A stretch of DNA of 64,000 bases from Coniocarpon cinnabarinum (Eukaryota): positions 1 through 64,000 of the forward strand of contig JAVECO010000084.1 in assembly GCA_051942205.1 (NCBI GenBank). The letters run 5' to 3'. Numbering within the stretch: position 1 is the stretch's first letter; every line of letters starts with the position of its first letter. The notes under the pieces are model-generated. The model did not search any database, was not told where the DNA came from, and saw only the letters and a list, made by a program, of their open reading frames with translations. Positions 36,338-49,549 of the stretch are shown piece by piece. The position numbers and the translations under genes were made by a program.

Positions 36338-37591
36338 TTACACACCCCAAGCCTCTTCAGGCACCGGCAAATCCCCCTGCACGCCCAAAGTAGCCACACT
36401 AACGTGCGGCCACGTCAACCCCGCAAAGTTCAGTCCCACATTCTGAGAATATTGAATTTCGTTGGTCATCACTTGAATCGTCTTCGGCTGCGGGATCTCC
36501 TTCGGCGGGGTGCCGGTAAACGTAGGCAAGCTTGCACTGTCATTCACCTTCTTGGGTGTCAGTCTCAGTGGCGGCTGACCTGGCTTCCAAGCTGGCACGT
36601 CAAGCGTATACGAAACAGCGTTGATCCAGAAAATGCTGCTCATTTGGACGGCGCTGGCGTTCGGTCCTTGGCTTTGTGGACCGACGCCGCCTTGCAAGAA
36701 ATCAATGTTGGCGGTGCCGCCGTTGAGGAAGGGAGCACTTGGATTGGTACTTAAGGTAAAGACAGTGGTGTTTCTGATATCCTTGCCTTTATTGGCGTCA
36801 CGCAGAACGGTGTTGGGGTCGTCGAGAATGGCCTGTGTGATTGTTCCATTGGCGATGAATTGGCTGAGATCCTGAGGAAGACGCGGCGTATTAGTGCTTG
36901 CAGCCGTTTGAGCCGCGAAGCGGACAAGATTAGCTGGATTGGCGACGACGAAGGGCGTTATGTCTACTTTGGCAATCTGAGGCGCACCCTGGAACGGCGC
37001 AGCAGGAGCAAGACCTTGGGCATTGATCGTTGTGCCGTGAGGAATAGAGGCCATACGGGAGATTGACTCGCCTATGACTGGGTCGTTCTTTGTGGCGGGC
37101 ACATGCATAAAGAGGCCCGGTTCGAAATGGATGCCAGATGCGGGTCCATCGGCTTTACCCGTGGCGGGGTTAGTAACATCGTTGACGGCTTGAATATAGG
37201 GGACACCATTGAGAAAGATATCGTTCTGAGCTTCAAGGCCACGGTTTGGAACGGACCCGAGAGGCTTGGAGAACGAGAGTGTCTCCGTAGTGAGATTGAT
37301 CTCAAGGACGTTCTCATTAGGTGGATTCGGGGCTTGCGGCGCGGGTATTGGGCTTGGAAAGGTAGTGGTCGTAGGTGCGGCGCTGTTGGGTCGAAAGATG
37401 AGGTTAAGACCTCTTCCGACGAATGTGCCAGTGAAGGCAGAAAGAACACCAAGAGGCGGAGCTGGGTCTGCAGGAGTTGGTGCAGGTGGGTCAGGGTTCT
37501 TGCGTTCGAGGCGAGGGTCCTGAGCGTGGATGTTGAAAGAGTCAGGAAGAGTAATATGGGGTCTTGTGGGCAAAGCGTTTTCGGTCGCCAT
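36338..37591 (-). CDS. Protein resembling bacterial 'heme-binding protein / FMP-type peroxidase' family
   Basis: 417-aa intronless ORF with GTFVGRGLNLIFRP, LEINLTTETLSF, VPNRG..QNDI, IHFEPG, RMASIPHG, IQYSQNV..F..LTWPHVSVATL; family recalled from memory. Confidence 0.7.
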   Translation of the reverse strand: MATENALPTRPHITLPDSFNIHAQDPRLERKNPDPPAPTPADPAPPLGVLSAFTGTFVGRGLNLIFRPNSAAPTTTTFPSPIPAPQAPNPPNENVLEINLTTETLSFSKPLGSVPNRGLEAQNDIFLNGVPYIQAVNDVTNPATGKADGPASGIHFEPGLFMHVPATKNDPVIGESISRMASIPHGTTINAQGLAPAAPFQGAPQIAKVDITPFVVANPANLVRFAAQTAASTNTPRLPQDLSQFIANGTITQAILDDPNTVLRDANKGKDIRNTTVFTLSTNPSAPFLNGGTANIDFLQGGVGPQSQGPNASAVQMSSIFWINAVSYTLDVPAWKPGQPPLRLTPKKVNDSASLPTFTGTPPKEIPQPKTIQVMTNEIQYSQNVGLNFAGLTWPHVSVATLGVQGDLPVPEEAWGV

Positions 37592-38984
37592 GGCGTAAGG
37601 TGTTGAATAATCTGTCGTTACCTATAGGATAGATGCAAGGGAAAGTCTATAAGATACTGCACAGAGCAGGAAGCATGGGGAAGAAAGTGTCTTATGAAAG
37701 AGTGCTTGACCTATCTTAGACGACAAATAAGGCACGACGGCCCTTTTGATCCCGAGCTGAGATACCGCGTGAGACTTTCAGAGGCGGTGCAGTAGTTTTT
37801 AGGCAACTTTCAAATGCGGATGTATCATGTGGCTGTAACATTTGCAATAAGCTGACGACTTGAGATGGGCGGAGGTATTCTAGACCGCGCTGACGAAGTC
37901 GATAACGAAGATCAAATCATCAGGCAACGCCCAATTCCAGCTTTCACAGCTTTCAAACTGCGATCCAAAAAGGTGTATGGCGACGTAGGAAGCTTTCAGC
38001 GAGGTCTGCGGCGTTAACCAACGGGCATCAGTAACTTGTTTGCTTGTAACGTGATGTGGTGGACATGGCAAAGGACCCTGACTCTTTGCCGGTTCACGAA
38101 ACGACGTCGAGTAACGTACGGCAAATGCCATCGTGTCAGCCTCTTGAGGCGGGGTTATCCCACGGAAAGGTAACTTGGGGCCATAGATTGGGCTGTGGTC
38201 ATTGCCTGTGTCTTGGCATGCACTCGTCAGCTTATGTATAAGCCGTATGCGGCGGCTAATAGCTGCTTCGAACCTAGCTTCTCAGCCTAGGCGAGAACGT
38301 ATCCAAAGCTGATTGGGCTACATTCCCTTTGTTATAGGCTTTGTCGTAAATTGACCTTGCATAACAGTTGGACCGGGCGTGATGATGAACACCCGGTGCT
38401 CACCAAGGAATTGTTTTGCAGCACATCATAGCCGACATTCCAAAAGACAACATCCTCTTCAGCAGTTCCTTCGAGAAAGTGAAATGTACACACACTGATA
38501 AACGGGTGGATACGCACAAGCTTGACAATCGTGAGAAAGATAGAAAACGGGGATTGGTCAACGAAGTTAGTTCTCAATGCTTGCAGACAAGGATAGTACT
38601 CATGCCTCAAGTTTCAGGCATAACATCGTAAATCGTGTCAATTATTCAATCAAGCATAAGAAACGACCCATGATGAAGCGTTACACTGCTCTAAAGCTTT
38701 GGATCTCTCCGCGGCCCGTCGCAACTTCTTTGCGCCGCTCCATACAGCGTTGAATACAAGGGCGATGGCAAGAACTGCTGACAATTCGGTAAAAGCTCAC
38801 ATGAATTTGCTATTTGCAGGCACTTCCACCTAACAGGAGATCTCGTGTATACTCAAGCTTTGGCAATACCTGTCAGCGACAATGATGTAGCGTCGTGTGT
38901 GGATATCCATACTTATTCATTATTCATATCTTGCAAGCCTATGAGCCATCCTCAACGTCACTTGTCTGGACAGCAATCAATTGC

Positions 38985-40824
38985 TCACAGATGCGGCACA
39001 CTCAGCGTCCATTGCGGCACCACAAAGCTCGCCACCGGCGAATTTCTCAGCGTTACAAAGGCCTCGACGATCAAGAATATCCGTGAAAACACATACCCAC
39101 AGCCGCAAAGAACGCAGAGGCAGATCAGCACAACTTTACACCATTTTGGGGCATCATCACTCAGGAGATCATACCACAGCCACCACACATGCTTTGAGAA
39201 CTGTGCGACCATGGTAATCGCCAGCCAGATTAGTCCCGACGCGCCAATGAAAGCGGAAGATATGCGCCAAATCCAGGCTTCAATCGGGGTTGGGAAGGCG
39301 GCGTCCCACGCGGCCACGTGCACGCCTGCAAATGCAATCGACGCAAGCCAGAGGAAAGCGCTAATGACAAGTCCGCTGGACGAGGTCGATGCAACGCGGT
39401 CGACGCTGCGGTCCATGGACCGCAACAGTCCATCTGTAGGCCAGTCGCTTGCCTCAAATGTGACAAAGTGTTCGGTATCGCACTCGAGCAGCATACCGTC
39501 CGCGATTTTGGGCGTCGCTGGCTGCTGACGATGCATTCTAAAGGCTTGTGGCATTTCTGGGTACATCTTGATTGCTTCGTAATAGCGGCGCTCTTTGTGC
39601 GACCGCTTCGGGTGCAGGAGGTGGCGGATCGCAGCATGGGCCGCAATAGCTTGCGCAGCTAGCGTGTGACGTCTGGAGCTGATCTCGTCGCTGCCCTGTA
39701 GCCATTCTGCCATGCTTTCCTCGTCTTCGTTCATACTGGTCGATGGTGGTCGTGTTGTGTTAGCACGCACAATGAAGTGTCCGTGCTGCGTGGTAGGACT
39801 ACCCTTCTCGCCGGTGCTGGAGGCGTCCTCACTTGAAGAGCCTGCCGACATCCTGGCATGACCGTGCGGAACATCGTCGACCTGTGCAACCGCAGTGCCC
39901 TCCCTGTTCCTGAAGAGCAGCTTTGAGATCTCAGAACCCCTGGCATCAAACTTTGCTCGGAGCCAGTAACGGTCTGGACTTGTTTCGCTCATCTGACTTG
40001 CCATGAACATAAATGCGAAAATGGGCTGAAGTCCTACGCCTTCGATCTTTGTAGGCTCCTGGATCCAGCGTGGCTTGCACCACCACAGAGAATAGAGCAC
40101 GAGCGCGCAGAGTACATGTCCCATCGTGGTGACCTCAAGCAGTGTTACTGGCAATTTAAGAGCCAGACGGTCACAAACCTGTATAACCATCCAGACCGCT
40201 TGCAGGCAGGCGAGTGCCTTTCCCAGCTCATCAGTCTTGCTCTTGTCGTCTATCTCCTCAACCGAAATGTCTGGTAGGTATTCGCATTCAGCCAATAAAC
40301 GCACGCCTTTGGGCGTGAGAGTAAGTCTTGAAAAGTGTTCCGTGAACTTGGAGTCGTCTCGCATTCCCTTGTTGTCCAGATCGATCACGAAGCCACCCAT
40401 GGCAGCATAGTAGCCATGAGTCAGGGTCCAAGGTTTGCCAGCGACCACCTTTGGATACTTTTCCTAAAACATCATCGTCAACCTTTCGTAGTTGCAGGCA
40501 GTTCCATTGACTCACTTCTGCCTGCATCTGGCGTACCTCGTCCCGCAAAGCTTTCGCAGAGAGAAATTGTCGCCATGCCGCCCAGATTGCCAGCTCTGGT
40601 CCAAAGATGCCGATGAGACCCCATGTACAATACTTCTTCACGTAGCTACTTCTGGACATGTTCTTCTCGGGGACATTCAGATGCATGACAGACCAAGTGC
40701 ACAGCACAAGAGTCGATAGACATGATATCAAGATCGAAAGAGTGCCTCTGTAGGATGGCTCAGAGACCCAACCCGTCGTAGTAGCATTCCCATGACCGAA
40801 GGTAATGGTCTTGTTGACGCTCAT
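38985..40824 (-). CDS. Uncharacterised fungal multi-pass membrane protein
   Basis: Exons 40824-40516 and 40463-38985; GWVSEP..RGT..IL..CL.T..LCTWS..HLNVP, WTLTHGYYAAMGGF, IDDKSKTD..GKALACLQ, LPVTLLE, WWCKP, FPT.IE.W.WR. Confidence 0.85.
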
Positions 40825-41823
40825 GTCCTCAACAGCCCGCTCAATCACATCGAGGACATGCAGAAACCGCCGGAGGGTCTCGGTTCGTTGACAGAAGTTA
40901 TGAGCGTCAGATCACGATGAACATAGTTCAACTATGTCACTCCTCTGCCCACAGCAAATGCAGTGATAGACCGGACGGTGGCGGGGATAGCATACCACAA
41001 GGCAATTTGGTCAACAGCAGCGAAGGGTCCACCGGCTTCATGTTGCGAAAATCTGTCCACCACGATTCTGAGAACAAGGCTTTTGACGTGAATGGGGGGT
41101 CCAGCCTGGAGAGAAACGCATGGGGGAAAGCACGTTGCCGGCACACTCGTCGCATCAATGCAAGCCTCTCGTTAAGCGCCTTGACACTGCCTCGCGTGCA
41201 ACCGGTTGCAAAGATTCGAGAGGCTATCGGCAGGCCACAGAGACGCATATATGAGGCACAGCAAGGCCTAGAATCTGCAGTTTGCCGAGTGTCCACCAGA
41301 GAGAACAATAGTCTCAGTTCTTACGCATTGACGAACCGGGCGCAACTTTTGGTCTGTTGATAACAGCCTCGACGACTGTTCCTAATGGAGACTTCATGCA
41401 GGACAAGACACGGCGACTTGGTGGTTGCTTGCAAAGAACGATAGAATACAAAGTGCACATGCGCTGGCGCCTGAAACTGGGGCGGTGAGTGCGGCGGCTA
41501 TACGGTTGAAACCGGAGATCACGAGGAGATAGAAGGTGGGCGGGGAGAGATGTTTCGAGGAACAGCCCCCAGGATTTGGGGATGAACGCCCCAACGGGCG
41601 CCAATACCCTGGCGAACCGCCCTCAGCCTTGCGCAAGCCTTTAATTCCTCGAGTCGCGCGCGCGCTCTCGCTACATCTAGAACCCAGCAGCCATTGGCTG
41701 ATACTACACCACTCCACGCTGCACCATCCCGCTCTGTTCTCCTCTTACAGATGCAGGATTTCCCTCTCTCATCATAAATTCACATCGCCAGTCTGTGCCG
41801 GGCATCAGACAGAGACAGGAGCA

Positions 41824-43023
41824 ATGCCCCAGCATGCTCTCAGCGACCGCAAGATGAAGGACCGGGTGCCTGAGAACAAAGGCTCACGTGCTGCGCTGCC
41901 AAAGGCGCTACAACCGCGACTGCTTTCCGTAGACGAGATCCGTGAGTGGATGGTGGCCTGAGAGGACGAGTTGCACGTGCTTACGCGGCGACGAGCTTCT
42001 TGGCAGCGCGAGAACGAATATGTCTTGTCAGGTTACCGGCCCACATCAGGATCTTTCAGAGGTGAGAATGGGGCCTACTGGCTCTTTGGGGTTGAATGCT
42101 GGCTTACACACACAGTGTCTTTGGCTAGCATATTCCAATGGCACAACGAGACCATCAGCATTCAGTCGCACGTGATAGGAGCTATTCTTTTTGCCTATCT
42201 GCCGCTGCACTTTTATCAATACTACTATCAGCATAGCGTACATGCTCGACCCTCGGACTTGCTACTCTTTAGCATCTATGCTTTGGGTGTATCGACTTGT
42301 TTTGTGTGCTCTACGAGGTACGCCGACCCTTTGAGGCATATCCAGATGCTAATGATCGAAGTTGTCATGTTGTATGGAACCACAGCCCTCGGCTAGCAAG
42401 TCTAGGCAATCAGCTGGACTATCTTGGCATTGTCCTTCTTATGTGGACAGCAAGTCTCCCATCAATATACTATGGATTTTTCTGCGATCCTTTGCATCTA
42501 TACGCGTATTGGCTATTTGTAGGTCTATTAATACTTTGCAATGGGCTGTCAGCTAAGGATGATGCCAGACATCAGCGCTGGCCTTTGGGTGCTGCGTGGT
42601 GACGATGAACCCACGCTTTGCAGCACCAAAGTTCAGACCATACCGCGCAATACTATACGCTTCGCTCGGTCTTACTGCTCTGGTCTTCATCTTACACGGC
42701 CTCTATCTGCGGGGCTATACCTATCAGCGGCGAAGCATGTCTCTCGACTGGATGCTAGTAATGGCCACGCTGAACGTATGTGCGAAAGCCAGCGGATTTG
42801 CATCAATATGATCTCACTAACACAGCGTACACAGCTGATAGGAGCGACGGTCTACGCATCTAGAATACCTGAACGTTGGTTTCCATATCGATTCGACTTC
42901 GTTGGCGCAAGCCACCAGATCTTTCACGTTATGGTCGTGTTGGCCGGGGTCGCACATTATAATGGCTTGCTGCGAGCATTCTCGGTCATACGACAGACAA
43001 GCCACTGGTGTGAAGCCTCGTAG
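41824..43023 (+). CDS. PAQR/hemolysin-III family membrane protein (IZH/adiponectin-receptor-like)
   Basis: Introns 41942-41995, 42062-42115, 42318-42361, 42519-42568, 42776-42834; [48 protein letters not shown]. Confidence 0.9.
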
Positions 43024-43197
43024 CCAGGTAGATGACCACCCTTTAGCAACGGCGCGGCATTTGTGGAGCTATACTGAGCTACAAAGGTTTGAAACACAGC
43101 AAACAATTAGTGATAGTTGACGCTGCAGCGAATCAACAATCAATAAAGCAACAATCGCATTCAACAGTGTGATCAAGACGCTCGGGAAGCCTCAGTC

Positions 43198-45241
43198 TCA
43201 TACTTTAAGATCTTTCCCTGGATCAGGCAAGACCTCCAGAACTTCCTCTCCCTCCATCGGCCCACCTCCACCATCATACACCTCATCCGGCCGCAGGTCT
43301 CTGTTGACCAACCCTTTCTCCGGAAATCCCCAGCTCAACCCCCAGTATATGAGCCCGCTGGCCACGAAGCCTAACAGCCATCCAAATTGATACGGATGAA
43401 TGCCAACGCCCACATCGATGCTCCCGTTCACACTCGCTACAAGACCAGGCAAGCTCGGCGCGACTCCAATCAAGAACGCAGCGAGCGCCCGCCAGTTGCA
43501 ACCCGTCGGCTCGAAACTATACAAATCGCCGTGCTGATGGTACAAAGCCAGGACGTCGTATTTCCGGCCGCGCACAATCCAGTAGTCAGCCGCCAATATC
43601 GCGGCAATGGGCCCCAGAAAGACGGCATAGGCACTCATGAAGCTCAGGAAGCTGCCTGCGCTTTCAAGGATCTTCCAGGGCACAAGCGCCCAGCAAAATA
43701 ACGCACAGATGATCTGCCCACGTCGGATATTTATGTAGCTTGGGAAGAGGGCCATCAGGTCGTTCGCGGCGCTCAGACTATTGGCCGAGATATTAACTCC
43801 TAAAACTGACAGGGCGAAGGAGGCGCCCACAAAGAAGCGACAGGCGCGGGATGACCAGAAAGAGACCAAGGCCATTGGGTCCCTAGAGTCAGCATGTCAG
43901 CACCAATCGTTCTCAGGATGTTAGCAGGGAGACAACAAACTCACCATGTCAGCGTTCCGTAGCGCTCCTGGCCTGCTGAGGATGCTGATATACCAATAAA
44001 AGCAATAAAGGTGAAGACGATGGGAAGCATTGGAACATAGAGCAGCTGCCACCGTACTGACGCCTAGAAAATAGGAGGAGAGGTCAGCAAGGGTCTGGTA
44101 GCAAAGTACTTGCCACATTTTAATTCAGCATTTAACGAATTGCAGATGGCTTTCGCTGTTATGCTCACAGTTGTGCCAACCGAATTGTTGTCAATATCTC
44201 GGCTCGTTGCCTAGACTGAGATCTGGCAACGACTTTTGTCCTAGACCCTTGCAGTAACGCCATCAGTCGAGTTATGTGACTCACCTTTGAGTATCTAGAA
44301 AAATCGGCCTTTGCATATCATCAATCATCGGAGCTCGTCTTCTACGTAGGAGTTGCTTACCTGGTTCACTGATAGGGTCGCATAATTGCCTATGACGCTG
44401 GTGAGAGACGCTAGCCAGGCCCAGGAGTACTCCGAGCCATGCACGCTAGTCTTCTGACTCCAGATGTTACCCCCGGTTCCATCGGTGGAAACCCATGCCC
44501 AAATCAACATAGCGAGAAACGTAATCGGGACAATAATGGATTTGGCGAGGAACATCCAGCGCAAAGTGTTCGGATGCATACACAGGAAGGGAAACTGCAA
44601 TACCCAGAATATGAAAAAGGACACCATCTGGTTGGTCGTGATACCCTGATTTTCAGGAATGGAGTTGTGCAAACGCAGAAACGAAGGCCAGATGGCACCA
44701 ATCATGACGCGCGTCGCGTTCGCCCCGTTCATGCTCTGGACAGCGAACCAGAAGATGGCAAGGACAGCCCGGCTGACGATCGGAACATACGATCCATAGA
44801 AGCCCCAGGATGCGCGAGCCAGGACTGGGAATGGGATATGATACAGAACGCCCATAGCGCCTGTCAGGGCTATAGGGATGGAGACGATGAAGAAGCCGAC
44901 GGCTACGCAGGCCAAGGCATCTCGATACGACAGGCCGACTGCTAGCATGGACGAGGCGAACTCCCAGGTCGCGGGCTGAAATGCGTCACTCATCTAGATT
45001 ATATTAGTAATTTCTAAATATCCAGTTTCTCTGTTAACTTATCACTCACCCAGTAGGTTATTAAAGAGAGTAGGCCCCATTTTCGAAGATGACGAGGCAC
45101 GGGGTCGAGGTCGCGGTTGCTAGTGAAAGTGAGTGCGGGTGTTAAACAGGTCTGTATGCATGTCGGCTGTCCAGGGACTTACGTCCATCGTGCATTCCCA
45201 GCGGCAAAGGCCGACTGTGGATGTTCAACGCGAAAGCGCAT
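43198..45241 (-). CDS. NCS1-family nucleobase/allantoin permease (Fur4/Dal4-like)
   Basis: Six exons; WTNRDLDPVP, PFPVLARASWG..G, TLSVNQADFSRY, NISANS..AANDL, YINIRRG, LVPWKIL, FLGPI..I..ADYW. Confidence 0.92.
44085..44254 (-). repeat. Fold-back (MITE-like) dispersed repeat, copy E, inside intron 44064-44284 of the NCS1 gene
   Basis: GCAAGGGTC (44087-44095) and GACCCTTGC (44244-44252) form perfect 9-bp inverted termini; internal motifs match copies A-F in reverse orientation. Confidence 0.85.
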
Positions 45242-46422
45242 ACTGTGCAATCTTGTATTCGAGAAATGCGACGCTCTTCAGCCTCAATCAAACCTATCGC
45301 TTTCTAGCTATGCGGGTTCAGGAGAGCGTGTGATGGATAGTAACTCGAAGCAGACTCAACCAGAAAGAAAATGGTAAAAGTGAAACTGAAACAATTGCAA
45401 CATCTGCATCCGGATCTTGAAATCCTTGGACATGGGTCTGATAACTGCATGACTTCACGGGCTCGACCATGCGTTATCAGCGCATTGATAATGGATTTTT
45501 CGCTTACAGTTGCACATTGCATGCGCGCGAGTCATTGGCAGACGATAAAGCTCGACTGTGTCTCGCCAATGGCTCACCAACTTCACCGGAGAAGACGTCG
45601 CGAATGCAGATACGTTGAGATCGTCTGGATCGTGAGAGATGGGTCAATTAGATGCGAAGAGTACGTCATGTACCACGCGATGGTCCAATAAATAAGAGAT
45701 CAGGAATCTTTGATAATGGTACGACGAGCTGGGGGTGCGTGTTGTAAGGTAAGCATGCGTGCCGCCAGTATTGCGGGGTATGTTGACCTCAAAGCTGCAT
45801 TGACGCTTGCAATGCCTTACTTGCCTATGAGCATCAAGCTGAGGATCTGGGGAACCTCGAGAAGATCCTACATGTTGTGATGGTGCCAATGGCACTGCGC
45901 CTCGTGAGATGCCAGTGCTTTCGTACTGCACATTTTCTTGAAAACAGAAGAGCTTGCATCATGCATGCCTAGCTACAAGTTACTGCCAGGAGCGAGTCCG
46001 AAAGCGTTACTGCAAAGGCTGAGTGCGCGTGTAAAAACTTAATCTGCAGAAGGTCACGAAATCTCAGGTATTGCTGTGGCCAGTAAGTAGGAATAAGTGG
46101 GAAAGAGCCCCAAGTATGCTCATTTCAGCCCCGGTTCACGCCCCGGCTTCCCGGCACACGGGGGGCTGCGACCCGGTTTCTCGGGGGGCTTCTTACCACA
46201 ATCCGCCCCGACAAGGGTTCTGGAAAACTCGGTCCTGGAAAATGCCACAATACATGCGGCAGGGTGTGAACATTAAAATCCTGTGTCCTGTGGCCGTGCA
46301 CTGCGTCTGCCAAGACTGAATTTCTACTTGTCTAGTGTCAGAGATTCGTTTCACAATTTTGCCTGTCTTCTAAATTGACGTGTCGTTCCACTCAAGCCCG
46401 TTAACCCATCTATACCAGCAAG

Positions 46423-47677
46423 ATGGTTGAAGACAGTGCCCTCGAAATGTCTGACAGCGCCATTGAGTCGCCTACCAATCGAGAGGGTTCTAAGAAGCGC
46501 AAACGTAATGACGAGGACTCCAAGACAAGAAGAAAAAAAAGCAAGCAAGCCAAGCGCGCAGCAAAGGCAGCAGAAGTCGGCATCGTACAGCACGGCGACG
46601 ACATTGATGAGACCAACCAGATCAACCGCACTGTAGCACGCATGGACGGAGCCCTCTTTGCCGACTACCTGGCCAGAGCGGTGAAGCGGTTCGAGCCAAA
46701 GTTGAGTCTGGTGGAAGTGGAAGACTTGAGAATCCCCCGTCAGTCTGCATGCCCCTGAAAGCACTTGCCCGTGCAAGCAGACGCCTAACCCAGCCTCGCC
46801 GCACAGAATCTGCATTCGCCGACGGAACAAACTGGACGGGTCTGCGCACTTGCGAGAATCTGCCGTCGTTTCTTGAATCCACAACAAATCGATCAAAAGC
46901 CGAACTGTCCAAGGCGCCGGTAGAAAAGGGGGCGCCTCATACCATCGTCCTCTGCGGCGCAGCGATACGCGCGGCAGACGTGACGAGAGCGCTGAGATGT
47001 TATCAGTCAAAGGAAGCGACCGTCGCCAAAATGTTCGCCAAGCACATCAAGTTGAAGGATGCTATAGAGTTTACTAAGGGCGCAAGGTGAGTCAACGGCA
47101 GACCTTTTGGGAGAATTTCAAGCCTTGATTTCCCCATTGAGCACAAAAGTGGCTACTTTTGATTGGCGTGGGGGTGAAAAGTTTGTTAGCGCTCTCCGTA
47201 GCGTGGGAGACGCATCTTCCACGCAGACGGACCTGTCTGGACTGTCGACGACAGACTTTGATTATACCGCTGAGGCGCTCACGATACTGTGGCTTGCACG
47301 AGCGAAAGCACGACATGTTCGCTCAATGCGGCATCATGAGGCTGACACCAAGTTCTTTTAGAATCACAGTGGGCGTCGGTACGGCGCAGCGCATCCAGGA
47401 TCTGATCAACGAAGGTAAGCCTTGTCTCCGAGCAAAACGAGTATCGCAAGCGTCTAGACCGATCAGTGAGCCAGACTTGATAACATCTTCTTGGCTACCA
47501 GGTGCGCTATCCCTGAGCCATTTGCGCCACGTGATAATCGATGGGTCCTGGAGTGGCCCGAAAAAGCGCACGCTCTTCGAACAGAGTGATGCTGCTGTAC
47601 CGACTGTCCGATTGTTGGCCCGACAAGAACTCAAGTCAAGGTTACAGAAGCAGAAGACCTCCATACTCGTCTTCTAG
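46423..47677 (+). CDS. CMS1: Cms1-like 90S pre-ribosome component
   Basis: Introns 46739-46806, 47087-47361, 47415-47501; Lys-rich N-terminus, APHTIVLCGAAIRAAD..R.L, VAKMFAKHIKL, GVGTAQRI.DL, IDGSW...KKR. Confidence 0.88.
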
Positions 47678-47988
47678 AGGTATGACGTGCGGACGTAGTT
47701 AAACTTCGCAGCAAGGATTGCTGTGTGAGCACGTGTTTCACCATCTCAAGCTGAGGCTCCTCAATGGCAGATGGCGTCATACGTAGCCTGCAGGCTGCAA
47801 GCAAGGGCACAGTCCGTGTGGGTGGTCTTGTCAGACCGAGCCGAAATGACCTCGTGGCATTCGATTGACAGACAGTGCCGTGCAACGCTGTGCAGATAGT
47901 GTGCGCCGCAACGATCATACTCTTTGAGCAATTTTTAAACACACCAATGCTTTTAGGCGCAATCCTGGCAGCCAATCTGACTCAACGG

Positions 47989-48974
47989 TCAATACTTCTC
48001 AGCGATTGAGTGGCCAAGTTGCCGCGTCGCAGCGGCTGTCGCCCCCCACCAAAAAGGAATGGCGGCGTTCTTAGAGTGTAACAGTACATCAAAGATGTCA
48101 AGGCGACCGAGGAACTCTCTTGCAACATCAATGTGATCAGTTGAAAGCATGCGAAGTATCTGCCGATCGTCTACAAGCCGTGGAAGACCAACACGGAGCA
48201 CTGGTACTCGTCGCCAACGTTGGTGTTCGTTGCTCAGGGCAGATCGTCTGACATTTCGGTTCCATAAGGCGACGTCTTCTCCTGGCAGAAGGAACCCGAC
48301 GTCTTGGCTCACAGAAACAGACCCCGCAGGGCCCTAGCGCAGGAACGAGGAGCAAAAAGGTTTGTGAATTGAATGCTGACTAGAGCCCGCTGCACGGGCC
48401 GCTGGGCGATTCGTGAATCCTTTCATTGATAAGATCTGGGCCGAGAGATACTCTGTATGCTATTCTCCGCATCTCGGATGTCAGTGAGCGCAAGGTCATG
48501 GGCCAAAATGGCCTTGTCGGCACGAGGGGCGAAGGACATAATGGCTGCCAAAAGATCCATGTTTTCCGCGAGCGCTGCGAATGGCTGAGGACCTCTAAGC
48601 AAATGCGACACAGTTGCAAGTGGGGAAAGACTGTCCGGGACTAGTATCCATGCCCGAGTCCTGACATGGTAGTAAAGCGCCACTTCAGGAAGTCACTCAC
48701 GTTGCCGGCCAATGAGTCGCCGCAGTGGCTCATTGACCCTTGCAAGCTTTACGCTACCACGACTCACTCGATCAACATATTTGCCCAGGGAAGGAACGAC
48801 CGCCTCGGCTTCGAATGCGTCTGCTCGATTGTTGGTAGTGCTGCTATTATGCCCGATAGCACGATGCTTGGTACAACCTAGTCGCGCTCGTCGCTCATTC
48901 AACCAACCAGCCGATTGGGGTGCCTGGCTGCTCTCCGTCGTTGTGGAGTGGAGCAGGGACCCAAACCCAGTCAA
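47989..48974 (-). pseudogene. Possible decayed multi-exon gene of unknown identity
   Basis: Consecutive minus-strand coding-like fragments (48974-48693, 48683-48423, 48312-47989) with GT..AG signals between them, but no clean spliced model. Confidence 0.3.
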
Positions 48975-49549
48975 CTCATGTCAGGCCAGCGTGCACCACT
49001 CACAGCAGTCGGTTGGTCCTGCTAGAAGGTTTCGCTTTTGTTCTTGTCGGCGCCCGGCTGCTGCATGCTCTCTCTTCTCTCTTTCTCCTCCACGTCTTGT
49101 GCCTCCCACCAAGCCGCGTTCACTCGTTTCACGCGTGCCTGCGTCTTGTCAATCGTTCAGAGACGAGCTCACCTCGATCGCTGTGAGCTCTCTCGAAGGT
49201 CAAGATGCTGTCAAGACTGATTCTCGCGGTGACCTGCGCGATCACTGTTGCACTCGCTGCAGCAGTCGGCGAGTCTGCTCGCCCTGGTACGTGACTGTTC
49301 TGCCCAAGCTTCGATTGAGCTTCTGTTGCACAATATATCATGTGCTAACCGGCCGTCCTTGCAGGATGTGTCTCCAAGTGCTGGGATTACACCCAATGGG
49401 TGGCACCGCACTGTTCTGGTGACGTCCAATGTCTGTGTGCAGACTCAGAGTATCAGAATGTGCGTTCTAATCCGACCTGTTCATGATCGAGCGTTGTCCA
49501 ACTAATGGACCATGTCTAGGCCGTCTACCAGTGTCTATACTCACAATGT

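Noticed and set aside
46205..46240. CTGGAAAACTCGG resembling the 5' part of fungal 5S rRNA
   Set aside because: No continuation into the rest of 5S; lies in the CMS1 upstream region.
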